Part shown: positions 8,957 through 18,843 of the stretch, in pieces
Layout: each line of letters begins with the position of its first letter
How positions within the stretch are numbered: the first letter of the stretch is position 1
NCBI GenBank assembly: GCA_037146775.1
Contig: JBAWWL010000003.1
Location: 66,334-130,333, forward strand
Reading direction: 5' to 3'
Source: Candidatus Omnitrophota bacterium
GTDB lineage: Bacteria > Omnitrophota > Gorgyraeia > Duberdicusellales > 4484-171
Length of the DNA stretch: 64,000 nt
Translations under genes and position numbers: made by a program
The notes under the pieces: model-generated
The model's input: the letters and a program-made list of their open reading frames with translations, nothing else
Told to the model about the DNA's origin: nothing
Databases searched by the model: none

Positions 8957-10634
8957 ACAAGAAAAACTTATTTTAACCGCTATTCTGCTCGTGGGGGTAA
9001 TTCTAAGGTTGTGGGGAGTAAATTTTTCGCCTTATCATCCCGATGAACCATTAGTAGTGAATCAAACTCTTGCTTTTGGCACAGGCCATCTTGTTCCCCA
9101 TGTTTATTATTACCCACCACTTTTTCACTATATACTTTTAATGTTTTATGGGTTTTTCTTTTTACTGGGATGGCTTATGGGGCCATTCAGAAATTTGGAT
9201 AATTTTTTCACACTAGTGCTTACCAACCCCCTACCCTTTTATGTTATAGGCAGAATTTTGGTTGCTTTAATAGGAGCTTGTACGGTACTCCCTGTTTACA
9301 TAATTACAAAAAATTTGTATTCTAAACGCGCAGCATTGATGGCTGCATTATTTATGGCTTGTACTTATTTACACGTGAGCGATTCTCATTATTGCACTGT
9401 TGATATTCCGATGACTTTTCTTTTGATGCTTAGTTATGTATTTATATTGAAACTTACCGAAAAAGAGAATTTAAAAAACTATATCATTTGTGGACTTTTG
9501 GTAGGTTTGGCAATGGCAACAAAGTATAATGCTGGGGTGTTAATTTTTAGTATGGCTACCGCAACTTTTTTAAGCTTGTCACGGAAAAACAGCGTCGTTC
9601 AGAATTTACATATCATCAGAGCCTTAATCGTAGCTTATATGGTAACTACTTTGACTTTTTTTATTTTTTGTTCCTATATAATTTTCGATTTCCCCGGTTC
9701 TTGGAAGGCATGGCAAGTTCTTGTTACACTAGGAAAAAACATGAATGTTGGTATTTGGCATCGTTTTAGCGTTGATTTGTTCTATGGTATTGGTTTACCA
9801 TTGGAAATTTTTGGAATAAGTGGTTTTGTGTATCTAATTCGAAGAAGACGCAAAAAAGACATAGTTTTTATCCTTTTCCCCATTATATACTTGATAGGCA
9901 TTAGAAAGGTTGGCCAGCCTTTTGCCAGATATTCAATGCCTCTGGTTCCGTTTTTTGTAATAGCTGCAGCTCTATTTTTAGAAGTGATATATGATAAAAT
10001 TAAATTAAACCAGTTCTATAAAAAAATATTATTATCCTGCCTGATTGTTGTTATGCTTTTGATGCCTTTGGCAAAATCATTTTATGCGGACTATTTGTTC
10101 AGTAAACCAGATATTCGTAATTTAGCGAAAGAATGGATATATAAAAATATTCCTTATGGCTCCGGAATCGCGGTTGACAATCCTCAATACGCCCCATTTT
10201 TATATGCTACGAAAGCGCAGCTGCAAAATAAGATTAATTTTATTAAGGACAATGATAAGGGGACAGAAGCAAAGCGTAAACGTTTGCAGCTATTGTTAAA
10301 TCTTAAAACTTATCCTATTGAAAACTATCGAGTTTATTATTTCGGAACAACGCCTGCTGAATTTAGCATGCACACCCCCGTGGTTACTTACAGCAAAGAA
10401 GATATTTTTAGTAATGGTATCGAATATATAATTACGAATGATTTTTCAGAGCAGGAAAATAAAACATTTTATGAAAACATAAGAAAAGATATTATTTTAA
10501 TCCATGAATTTAATGCTTTGAAAGATAAAAAGCTCGACTACAGCAAATATCCATATAGCTATTTACCAATAGATGATACTTTGTTTAATTTAAGATATAA
10601 TGGAATAAATATAAAAATTTATAAAGTTAAATAA
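8946..10634 (+). CDS. GT-C fold membrane glycosyltransferase (ArnT/PMT, GT83/GT39-like)
   Basis: Polytopic N-terminal region with an ArnT-like first-loop motif (LRLWGVNFSPYHPDEP), and a large C-terminal soluble domain. Confidence 0.6.
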   Translation: MKIKQEKLILTAILLVGVILRLWGVNFSPYHPDEPLVVNQTLAFGTGHLVPHVYYYPPLFHYILLMFYGFFFLLGWLMGPFRNLDNFFTLVLTNPLPFYVIGRILVALIGACTVLPVYIITKNLYSKRAALMAALFMACTYLHVSDSHYCTVDIPMTFLLMLSYVFILKLTEKENLKNYIICGLLVGLAMATKYNAGVLIFSMATATFLSLSRKNSVVQNLHIIRALIVAYMVTTLTFFIFCSYIIFDFPGSWKAWQVLVTLGKNMNVGIWHRFSVDLFYGIGLPLEIFGISGFVYLIRRRRKKDIVFILFPIIYLIGIRKVGQPFARYSMPLVPFFVIAAALFLEVIYDKIKLNQFYKKILLSCLIVVMLLMPLAKSFYADYLFSKPDIRNLAKEWIYKNIPYGSGIAVDNPQYAPFLYATKAQLQNKINFIKDNDKGTEAKRKRLQLLLNLKTYPIENYRVYYFGTTPAEFSMHTPVVTYSKEDIFSNGIEYIITNDFSEQENKTFYENIRKDIILIHEFNALKDKKLDYSKYPYSYLPIDDTLFNLRYNGINIKIYKVK

Positions 10635-11506
10635 TGATTAAGCCCCAACTATTTTGTAATTTCTGTAATGGTTCGCGGCAGCGATTATTATATAAAACTA
10701 ATCCTCATTTAGTGGTTTGTGGTGATTGCGGTTTAGTATACACAAATTTTCAACCATCTATTAAAAGAATGATGGAATTTTACAATGAAGACTATTTTAT
10801 AAGCAATAATTCTATCGAAAAAGGCTACTCTCATTATGTAGAAGACAAACAAAATCTTATCAATACATTCTCCCGTCGCATGAACATAATAGAAAAATAC
10901 CACTCTGTGCCGGGAAAGATATTAGACGTGGGGTGTGCCGCTGGGTTTTTTTTAAGTGTTGCAAAGCAAAGAAGATGGCATGTGTATGGAGTGGATATAT
11001 CTAAATTTTGTAAAAATTATGCGCAACGAGAACTGAATATTAATATTGAACACGGCTTGTTTCTCAACACAAATTTTGGAGAAGCATTTTTTGATGTCAT
11101 AACAATGTGGGATTATTTAGAGCACTCTATAACTCCCAAGGAAGATGTTTTGAAGGCAAAGACATTATTGAAAGACAAAGGGCTATTGGTAATTGCTACT
11201 CCAGATATTTCAAGCTTCCCGAGCCGCACATTTCGTCAAGATTGGATTGGTATAAAGCTAGAAGAACACTTTTTTTATTTTTCCAAAACTTTTTTAGAGC
11301 AATTTTTAAATAAAAACGGTTTTAGGATAGTGGAATCCGGCTATATTGGTAAATATGTATCATTAAGAATGGTAGCTGACAGATTGATATATTACAACAA
11401 GTTTTTATCTTTTATCGGGGGAAGAGTTTTAACAAAAATTAACTTTTCTTTTTATTGCAACCCATTCGATATCACATATATTATTGCCAAAAAAATTATA
11501 TCTTAA
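10634..11506 (+). CDS. class I SAM-dependent methyltransferase with an N-terminal Cys4 zinc ribbon
   Basis: CNFCNG...CGDCG zinc ribbon, then motif I LDVGCAAGFF. It is a paralogue of the methyltransferases at 25079, 26082 (N-terminal half) and 39879. Confidence 0.7.
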   Translation: MIKPQLFCNFCNGSRQRLLYKTNPHLVVCGDCGLVYTNFQPSIKRMMEFYNEDYFISNNSIEKGYSHYVEDKQNLINTFSRRMNIIEKYHSVPGKILDVGCAAGFFLSVAKQRRWHVYGVDISKFCKNYAQRELNINIEHGLFLNTNFGEAFFDVITMWDYLEHSITPKEDVLKAKTLLKDKGLLVIATPDISSFPSRTFRQDWIGIKLEEHFFYFSKTFLEQFLNKNGFRIVESGYIGKYVSLRMVADRLIYYNKFLSFIGGRVLTKINFSFYCNPFDITYIIAKKIIS

Positions 11507-11534
11507 AAAGTATTTTTCTAATAGCATTACAATA

Positions 11535-13706
11535 ATGAAAAAACATATTGGTTTTGTGTTATTTTTTGCTGCAATCATTTACATTTTCTTGGGCGATCTT
11601 ATTGTAATGAAATCAGCATTTCTGCATGGTGATTATCTACAGCAATTCTATCCTTGGAGTAAGCTTTATAGCCAAGCTATTAAAAATTTCTCTTTTCCTT
11701 TTTGGGTGAGATATTTCGGCTGTGGATTTCCTTTAATGGCAGAAGGCCAGGTTGGAGGATTTTACCCTTTAAATATGATTTTATTTTTTGCACTGCCTTT
11801 TCATATCGCTTATAACTATTCAATAGTTCTACACTTTACTTTAGCAGGATTTTTTACGTATTTATACACTCGTAAGCTCGGTGCTGACCAGTGGGGTGGG
11901 GCACTTGCGGCATTACTTTTCTGTTTTGGTTCCGGCTACGCCGGGTGTTTTTATAATATTGTTACCCTTAAAACTTTGGTGTGGTTTCCTTTTGTACTTT
12001 TCATGTTTGAAAAATATTTCCAGTATAAAAAGATAAAGTATCTTATTATCTCCGGAGTGATTTTAGGAATGCAACTTTTAGCAGGTTTTGCCCAAATGGC
12101 CGCCTACAGCGCGTTATTTTATTTTATATATTTTGTTTACGGATTGATTACTCGCAGAACTTTTAAATTGATGGATCTGGGTAAGTTATTGACAGGGTTA
12201 TTTGTGGCTATGCTTATTTTTTTACCGCAGTTATTGTTGAGTTGGCCGCTCATTAAGCTTTCGGGACGAACAGATTCATCGCTCGGGTTTGCTTTGTGGG
12301 GATCATTCAATCCCTTAAATCTTATTAGCCTATTTTTCCCATCTCTTATATTCTATGGTGCCCAGATTTATATAGGAATTTTTTCGCTTATTTTTTTAAT
12401 AACCGCTTTTGCAAATGTAAGACAAAAGACAAAAATGTGGCCGCTTTTTTCAATACTTTTCTTTAGTCTATTTTTTGCACTCGGTGCTTATAATCCATTC
12501 TATGTACTTTTTTTAAAATTAACAAAATTCTATAGTTTTCGGAATCCATCAAAATTCATATTTTTTACAAGTTTTAGTTTATCCGTTTTAGCCGGTTTGG
12601 GATTTAAAGAATTTTTTTCTAACCAGGATATCCCACGTCGAGCCAAGAATCTTAAGTTTTTTTCGTTATGTATCTGTATAGTGCTGCTTATTTTTTCGCT
12701 TGCCAGGCTCGCACTTTATCTATTCCGGGTGCATATTTTAAACGTAGGAAAATGGTATGTTACCAACTATATTTTTGGTAAAGAATATCATCGCTATGAC
12801 TTGATCAGCTATCTTAATAGAATTAACGGTTTTTATAGCCAACTTTTTGAGCGTATTTCCGTATCGAATATCTTTACTGTTATATCTATTATTTTTTGTA
12901 TTTTCGCGTTATTCGTAGTATTGCGCATTATGAAAAGAGAAAAAAATAACAACCTATCAAAACCTTTTTTCTTTTCATTTATTGCTTTTGAGATATTTAT
13001 TTATAGTTTTTACGGTATTGGTTTTAGGGGCAATATAAGGACATTTAATTATTTACAACCAACTCACCGTATTATTTTAGAAATATTGCAAAAAGATAAG
13101 GAAATTTTCAGGATATTACCTTTTGGTTTAACCGCTGAATTTATGCCGTGGTGGATTAAGCCTAATGCAAATATTATTGTTGGTTTAGACAGCCCGGCAG
13201 TTTATAGTCCATTAGCTCAAAGAAGTTATAGAAAAGAACTCTCAACATTAGAAGTAGTTGATGATTCTCTTGGTCTTATGACGCCTTCAGAACAAGCGTT
13301 GATTGATAAATATCGGTTGCTTAAGGTCCTTAACGTAAAATATATTCTTTCAAACAAAGAGCTCAAGAATAAATTTTTAGAAAAGATTACATTCGAGAAT
13401 GGGATTTTTCTTTACCGATTAAAGGGGTGTTTACCGCGAGTATTTTTTACCGAACATATAATCGGAGATATCAAAATAGACCCACCCCAAGCCTTAAAAG
13501 TCAAAGTATACAAAGATGGTTTTATGGAATTAGAAATAATAGTGCAAAAGAAAGGTTTTGTTGTGTTTTCAGAAAACTATTATCCAGGATGGCAGGCGTA
13601 CATAGATGGTAATAAAAAAGAGATTGTGAAAGTTAAAGATTTAATTCAGGGTGTAGCCGTAAAGAATGGAAAACACAAAGTTATTTTTAAATATAATCCT
13701 TTCTAG
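11535..13706 (+). CDS. large polytopic membrane protein, YfhO/GT-C-like glycosyltransferase candidate
   Basis: More than 12 predicted transmembrane segments followed by a C-terminal soluble domain, in a context of GT-C enzymes. The start is taken at ATG 11535 (MKKHIGFV). Confidence 0.4.
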   Translation: MKKHIGFVLFFAAIIYIFLGDLIVMKSAFLHGDYLQQFYPWSKLYSQAIKNFSFPFWVRYFGCGFPLMAEGQVGGFYPLNMILFFALPFHIAYNYSIVLHFTLAGFFTYLYTRKLGADQWGGALAALLFCFGSGYAGCFYNIVTLKTLVWFPFVLFMFEKYFQYKKIKYLIISGVILGMQLLAGFAQMAAYSALFYFIYFVYGLITRRTFKLMDLGKLLTGLFVAMLIFLPQLLLSWPLIKLSGRTDSSLGFALWGSFNPLNLISLFFPSLIFYGAQIYIGIFSLIFLITAFANVRQKTKMWPLFSILFFSLFFALGAYNPFYVLFLKLTKFYSFRNPSKFIFFTSFSLSVLAGLGFKEFFSNQDIPRRAKNLKFFSLCICIVLLIFSLARLALYLFRVHILNVGKWYVTNYIFGKEYHRYDLISYLNRINGFYSQLFERISVSNIFTVISIIFCIFALFVVLRIMKREKNNNLSKPFFFSFIAFEIFIYSFYGIGFRGNIRTFNYLQPTHRIILEILQKDKEIFRILPFGLTAEFMPWWIKPNANIIVGLDSPAVYSPLAQRSYRKELSTLEVVDDSLGLMTPSEQALIDKYRLLKVLNVKYILSNKELKNKFLEKITFENGIFLYRLKGCLPRVFFTEHIIGDIKIDPPQALKVKVYKDGFMELEIIVQKKGFVVFSENYYPGWQAYIDGNKKEIVKVKDLIQGVAVKNGKHKVIFKYNPF

Positions 13707-13712
13707 CAAATC

Positions 13713-15368
13713 ATGAAAAATATAATTGCAGTCATAATTTTGCTATGCATCTTTGTGGTATTGGTTATTTCAAGCATGCGTGAGAATTCCGGTACTTGCG
13801 ACGAAATTGCGCACCACATACCCGCAGGGGTTATTATGCTTACCAAAGGTGATTTAAAAATGGATACTTCTCAGCCCCCCTTGGCGCGGTATATCATAGC
13901 TCTCCCAGTAGTATTATTTCTTAATCCTGTTGTTCCAACCGAAAAAGAAATATGGAGGGTAGAAGACAGAAGCATTTTTGGTAGAGATTTTTTCTTTAAA
14001 GACAACATTCATCCAAAACGCATATTATTTGCCAGCCGGCTAATGATAGTAATGATTGGCTGTTTGTGTGGTTTGATAATTTTTCTTTGGTCGAAAAGCT
14101 TATTTGGAATAAAAACTGCCGTTTTTGCTTTATTTTTTTATATTTTTTCACCGGACATTATAACTCACGCTCAACTCGCAACCACGGATATGGCAGCTAC
14201 TTTCTTTGTGCTGTTGAGTATTTATTGCTTCTGGCGTTTCTCTAAGAATAAAAATAATCTCAATTTGTTGATTACCGGTATCACCCTTGGCCTTGCTCAG
14301 CTTGCGAAATATTCCGCAATGATTCTTTATCCTATATTTATCTTCTTAATGGTAATCGAATTCATCTTGGCAAAGAGAATAATCTGGAAATCATGTAATT
14401 CGTTAATTTTGATTTTTTTACTATCAATCGTCACAATATGGGCTGGTTATGGCTTTAGCCTAAAACCGATTTTAAAAGATGCAATGAGAGTAGAGGAAAA
14501 ATTACAAGTTGTTGATAGTCAAACGACAAGGCTTCTTCCTTTTTTGAACACAAACAGTAGAAGCAAAGTAAATAATTTTTTATTGCGTATCCCTGTGCCG
14601 CTAGGTGAGCATCTTCTGGGAATATCAGGCATAGCCAAACACGGTAAGGATGGTCACAGGAGCTATTTTTTAGGCCGCTGGTCCAGTGGGGGGAATCTTT
14701 TGTATTTCGTTGTGGCATTCTTTATTAAAACCCCTATTTCGCTTCTTTTGTTACTTATCTGGGGTATTTTTACCTTGCATAAGGATACCTCTTTATTAAA
14801 TAGATATTTTCTTGCTGTGCCGCCATTGATATATTTTATAGTTGCTTCATTTAGCAATTTACAAATAGGCGTGCGGCATTTATTGCCTATGTACCCATTT
14901 TGCTTTATCCTGGCTGCCAGCAGTGTGTACCTATTGGAAGGCAAAATTTTTAAAGCAATATTTGTAATATTATGCATGTGGTATGTTGCGGGTTCGCTTT
15001 TTATTTGGCCGCATTATTTGAGTTATTTCAACGAATTAGCTGGAGGGCCAGATAATGGTTGGAAATATTTGCGCGATTCTAATATTGATTGGGGGCAGGA
15101 TTTGCCGGCGCTAGGGAAATATATTAAAAGAAATAATATTGGTGAGGTTCGTTTGATGTATTTTGGCGAAGATAGCCCCGGCCTGTATGGAATAAATTTT
15201 AAGAAAATAAATAACAAAGAAGTAATAAAGCCAGAAAATAAAGTTTATGCAATCAGTGTTCAATATTTGGATTCAATTAATTGGGCTATAAATTTAAAGC
15301 CCACAACTAAAGCAGGATACTCTATATTTATATACGATTTTCGAGATAGAACAAATGTTCAAAAATAA
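13713..15368 (+). CDS. GT-C fold membrane glycosyltransferase (PMT/ArnT family-like)
   Basis: Polytopic protein with an N-terminal loop bearing acidic/His residues (CDEIAHHIPAG) and a C-terminal soluble domain. Confidence 0.5.
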   Translation: MKNIIAVIILLCIFVVLVISSMRENSGTCDEIAHHIPAGVIMLTKGDLKMDTSQPPLARYIIALPVVLFLNPVVPTEKEIWRVEDRSIFGRDFFFKDNIHPKRILFASRLMIVMIGCLCGLIIFLWSKSLFGIKTAVFALFFYIFSPDIITHAQLATTDMAATFFVLLSIYCFWRFSKNKNNLNLLITGITLGLAQLAKYSAMILYPIFIFLMVIEFILAKRIIWKSCNSLILIFLLSIVTIWAGYGFSLKPILKDAMRVEEKLQVVDSQTTRLLPFLNTNSRSKVNNFLLRIPVPLGEHLLGISGIAKHGKDGHRSYFLGRWSSGGNLLYFVVAFFIKTPISLLLLLIWGIFTLHKDTSLLNRYFLAVPPLIYFIVASFSNLQIGVRHLLPMYPFCFILAASSVYLLEGKIFKAIFVILCMWYVAGSLFIWPHYLSYFNELAGGPDNGWKYLRDSNIDWGQDLPALGKYIKRNNIGEVRLMYFGEDSPGLYGINFKKINNKEVIKPENKVYAISVQYLDSINWAINLKPTTKAGYSIFIYDFRDRTNVQK

Positions 15369-15473
15369 TATAAAAAAAATAGTTCCTTTTCTGTTGGCTA
15401 TCTGGGCTATTTTTGTTATTGTCATGTATACAAAAACTTTTATTATTCCGCGTTTGCTTGACGCAATAAAAAA

Positions 15474-17252
15474 ATGACAAGTATTTTTTATTTTATAATT
15501 ATTATTCTCATTGCCTATGGATTAGGCAAACTACTTTTTAATCTATTCATCAGAAAGCCTAACAGTTTATTAGAGGATTTTACTTTTTCTGTTGGTCTGG
15601 GGCTAGCTTTGCTTGGGTATGTTGTTTATATAATTGGAAGTCTTGGTTTCTTATATCAGAAATATATTTTAACTGCACTTATGTTGTGTGTCTTAGTGGC
15701 TATCTACCCAGCTTATAGATTCATATATGGTTTTAGGCATTATAATATATCTAAAACGATAAAGAGCTTGAATATATTTGAAAAATTTCTTATAGGCATA
15801 ATAATCTTTGTTCCCGTTGTGTGTTTGTTTGGCGCTCTGGCTCCGGAAATAGGCAACGATACCCTTAGTTATCACCTGTATCATCCTAAAATCTTTATCG
15901 AAAATCACAAAATAGGTTATATTCCTTTTACCAGAGAGTCGCTTTGGCCTTATCTTGCTGAAATGCTTTTTACGATGGGGCTTATTTTAAAAAGCGTGAC
16001 AGTGGCAAAGTTGTTTCATTATTTCTTTGGAATTTTATCTGCCATGGCAGTTTTTTCTTTTACACGGAAATTTTTCTCACAAAAAGTAGCCTTATTGGCA
16101 ACAGCATTATTTTTATCCGCTCCGGGAATATTTATGCAAATGGTCTATTCTTATATTGATCTAGCTCAATGTTTTTATTCTTTTCTTGCGTTCTATGTGT
16201 TAATGCTTTGGATGGAAAGTAAGCATATAAGATTGTTGATGCTTTCTGCTGTTTTTGTCGGCTTAACCATTTCGGTAAAGCTTTTAGGCGGCATTACCTT
16301 GCTGGTATTATGTTTGATTATGCTATTAGAGTTTATACGTATAAAAACAAATTATAAAAATATGCTGAAGTATTTTTTTATTTTTGGATTCATCACCTTT
16401 CTTGTATGTTGCGTATGGTATATACGTTCGTATTTTGTACTCGGTAACCCAGTATACCCATTTTTGCATAATATATTTGGAACTGGTTGGGAAACTAATA
16501 TTAATGTGGATGTTGGAACCAAAAAAGACTTTCTTGGATTTTTGATGTTGCCCTGGGATGTGGTTATGCAATTAGATAGTTTTGGTGGCCAGCAGATCGG
16601 TGTTATATTTTTAGCGTTTTTACCATTTTTATTTTTTGTCTCTCTTAAAAATTACCCACAACATTACCTTTTTATTTTTTTAATTTGCCATGCTCTTTTG
16701 TGGTTTGTGGTAGATCCCCAATTGCGTTTTACTTTTGCGAATTTTGCTGTTGCGTTTATATTAATTAGCATAGGATTTTATGGTGCGCTGCGAAAATATA
16801 ATCTTTCTTTTATAAAGATATTACTTTTGATTTGTATTCTATTTAACATGGTTTTGTGTGTTTACTATAATATTGATGCTATAAAACTGAGTTTTGGCCT
16901 AACAAGCAAAGAAAACTATATTTTACACAAGGAAAGGACTTATCCTATCGCTACCTTTGTGAACAAAAATTTTCCTTCAAATAGTGTGGTCATAGCTATA
17001 TGTGAACCCCGTGGTTTTTATTTCGACAGAAAAATTATTTTTTACGATATTTGGGAAAATGTTACAAAAGGAAATATTTATCCATACATCGCCAAGCTTA
17101 AAAAAGATAAAGTTCCTGTTTACCTTCTCTTCCGGGATGATGGTGATCTCGGACAATTTAAGACAACAATTGCTGCTAAAATTCCTATCTATAAGATTGC
17201 CAGAGAAGTTGACGAAGGTAGATTTGCCAGCTATTACTTATTTGAGCTATAA
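15474..17252 (+). CDS. GT-C fold membrane glycosyltransferase (family 39/83-like)
   Basis: Polytopic architecture similar to the two preceding genes, with a C-terminal soluble domain. Confidence 0.45.
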   Translation: MTSIFYFIIIILIAYGLGKLLFNLFIRKPNSLLEDFTFSVGLGLALLGYVVYIIGSLGFLYQKYILTALMLCVLVAIYPAYRFIYGFRHYNISKTIKSLNIFEKFLIGIIIFVPVVCLFGALAPEIGNDTLSYHLYHPKIFIENHKIGYIPFTRESLWPYLAEMLFTMGLILKSVTVAKLFHYFFGILSAMAVFSFTRKFFSQKVALLATALFLSAPGIFMQMVYSYIDLAQCFYSFLAFYVLMLWMESKHIRLLMLSAVFVGLTISVKLLGGITLLVLCLIMLLEFIRIKTNYKNMLKYFFIFGFITFLVCCVWYIRSYFVLGNPVYPFLHNIFGTGWETNINVDVGTKKDFLGFLMLPWDVVMQLDSFGGQQIGVIFLAFLPFLFFVSLKNYPQHYLFIFLICHALLWFVVDPQLRFTFANFAVAFILISIGFYGALRKYNLSFIKILLLICILFNMVLCVYYNIDAIKLSFGLTSKENYILHKERTYPIATFVNKNFPSNSVVIAICEPRGFYFDRKIIFYDIWENVTKGNIYPYIAKLKKDKVPVYLLFRDDGDLGQFKTTIAAKIPIYKIAREVDEGRFASYYLFEL

Positions 17253-17315
17253 AAATTAGTCTTTGCTGTATATTTTGACTATCAATGACTACTAATGACC
17301 ATTGAAGATAATTGT

Positions 17316-17344
17316 TGACAGTCATGGATGTGTTGATATAATGC
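17316..17344 (+). promoter_or_regulatory. sigma70-like promoter (TTGACA-N16-TATAAT)
   Basis: ttgacagtcatggatgtgttgatataat gives a consensus -35 and a consensus -10, upstream of the structured element and the HTH/pse genes. Confidence 0.5.
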
Positions 17345-17462
17345 TTGAAAAATAAGGTATATTATTCCACTAAGTTCAAGTTGCTAATGAAACGCGTTAG
17401 AAACAATATAAGAGTATCGGTTTTCCTGGAAAACTGCTTGCATCAAAATAGTACAAGCAAAA

Positions 17463-17574
17463 TTCGGGATTACCTCGGCAAAATCACGATGAAATCTATC
17501 GATTTCATCTGCCGACCTTTCAGGCAGATTTTTTCTGCCTCGCTTTTGCGAGGCGAACAAAATCTGGGATTATA
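17463..17574 (+). repeat. palindromic hairpin element D (nested inverted repeats, flanked by GGGATTA direct repeats), 5' leader of the HTH gene
   Basis: Outer stem TCGGCA/TGCCGA encloses the perfect palindrome GATGAAATC-TATC-GATTTCATC. A second hairpin GCCTCGC-TTTT-GCGAGGC follows. It is related to element E at 54497-54596. Confidence 0.6.
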
Positions 17575-17813
17575 TGGAAATTAAGCCTAACGAAGTTTAT
17601 ACTACCGAAGAAGCTAGAAAACTGCTTAAAATAAGCCCTTCTACGACTATGCGTCTCATCAAAAAAGGCATTCTTCAGGCTGCAAAAGTTGGGAAACAAT
17701 ACCGCATTATGGGCAAAGAGTTATTGCGTCTTCTATCGCCACAGCTCGAAGATACTGTTGGTAAAGCTTATAATAAAGGCAGACAGTGGTTGCATGAAGA
17801 TGTGGATAAATAA
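17574..17813 (+). CDS. helix-turn-helix DNA-binding protein (excisionase/MerR-type HTH_17-like)
   Basis: TTEEARKLLKISPSTTMRLIKKGILQAAKVGKQYRI is the typical small excisionase-family HTH domain. Confidence 0.55.
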   Translation: MEIKPNEVYTTEEARKLLKISPSTTMRLIKKGILQAAKVGKQYRIMGKELLRLLSPQLEDTVGKAYNKGRQWLHEDVDK

Positions 17814-17853
17814 GCATATTTATGAGATATAGGTTTATAAAGAAAGAAGGAGA

Positions 17854-18843
17854 ATGGTTATGAAAGACTTATTCAAAGATAAAGTAGTACTTATCACCGG
17901 CGGTACCGGTTCGTTTGGTAAGAAATTTACCGAGATTGTCTTAAAAAATTATAAACCCAAGAAACTTATCATTTTCAGTCGTGATGAGATGAAGCAGTAT
18001 GAAATGAGCAAAATTTTTAATCAAGAAAATATCCGTTATTTTGTCGGCGATGTGCGCGATGCAGATAGGCTTCATCGTGCACTTAACAGAGTCAATATTA
18101 TTGTACATGCTGCAGCTTTAAAAATAGTTCCTACCGCAGAGTATAATCCTTTTGAAGCCGTCAAAACAAATGTTATTGGCGCCGAAAACGTTATAAACAT
18201 GGCGATCGATAATGGTATCGAAAAGGTGATTGCTTTAAGCACAGATAAAGCAGCTAACCCCATAAATCTTTATGGAGCCACTAAGCTTTGCGCAGAGAAA
18301 ATGTTTGTTGCCGCTAATAATTATTCTCCACTTGGTACAAAATTTAGCGTGGTGCGTTACGGTAATGTTTTTGGTTCGCGTGGCAGCGTTGTGCCATTTT
18401 TTAAAGAATGTAAAAAGAAAGGTGTAGTACCCATAACTGATAAGCACATGACAAGATTTTGGATAACGCTTGAACAGGGAGTGGATTTTGTGCTTCAATC
18501 ATTGAAAGATATGAATGGTGGTGAGATATTTGTTCCTAAGATATCCAGCATGAAAGTCGTCGATTTAGCAAAAGCAATATGTCCAGAATGTAAGCAGGAA
18601 ATAGTCGGTATTCGCGCGGGAGAAAAACTTCATGAAACTCTGGTGCCTAAGGATGACGGCATACATACTTACGAATATGGCGACAGATTTATTACTTATC
18701 CTTATGTCGTTTTGCATAAAAATAAAAAAGATGGCGGTAAGCCCTTAGGTTTAAATTTTGATGGATACAGAAGCGATAATAATACCAAATGGCTTTCTGT
18801 CGAGCAGTTGAGGCAGATGGTGGAGAACGATGCCAAAACTTGA
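17854..18843 (+). CDS. pseB: UDP-N-acetylglucosamine 4,6-dehydratase (inverting), PseB/CapD-like
   Basis: VLITGGTGSFGKKF...KKLIIFSRDEMKQYEM...FVGDVRD is highly characteristic of PseB/FlaA1. Confidence 0.8.
   Translation: MVMKDLFKDKVVLITGGTGSFGKKFTEIVLKNYKPKKLIIFSRDEMKQYEMSKIFNQENIRYFVGDVRDADRLHRALNRVNIIVHAAALKIVPTAEYNPFEAVKTNVIGAENVINMAIDNGIEKVIALSTDKAANPINLYGATKLCAEKMFVAANNYSPLGTKFSVVRYGNVFGSRGSVVPFFKECKKKGVVPITDKHMTRFWITLEQGVDFVLQSLKDMNGGEIFVPKISSMKVVDLAKAICPECKQEIVGIRAGEKLHETLVPKDDGIHTYEYGDRFITYPYVVLHKNKKDGGKPLGLNFDGYRSDNNTKWLSVEQLRQMVENDAKT

Noticed and set aside
17345-17584. 79-aa ORF covering the promoter-proximal leader and element D
   Set aside because: It spans the palindromic element D, has no RBS and no protein similarity. 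The region is better explained as a structured leader or operator upstream of the HTH gene.
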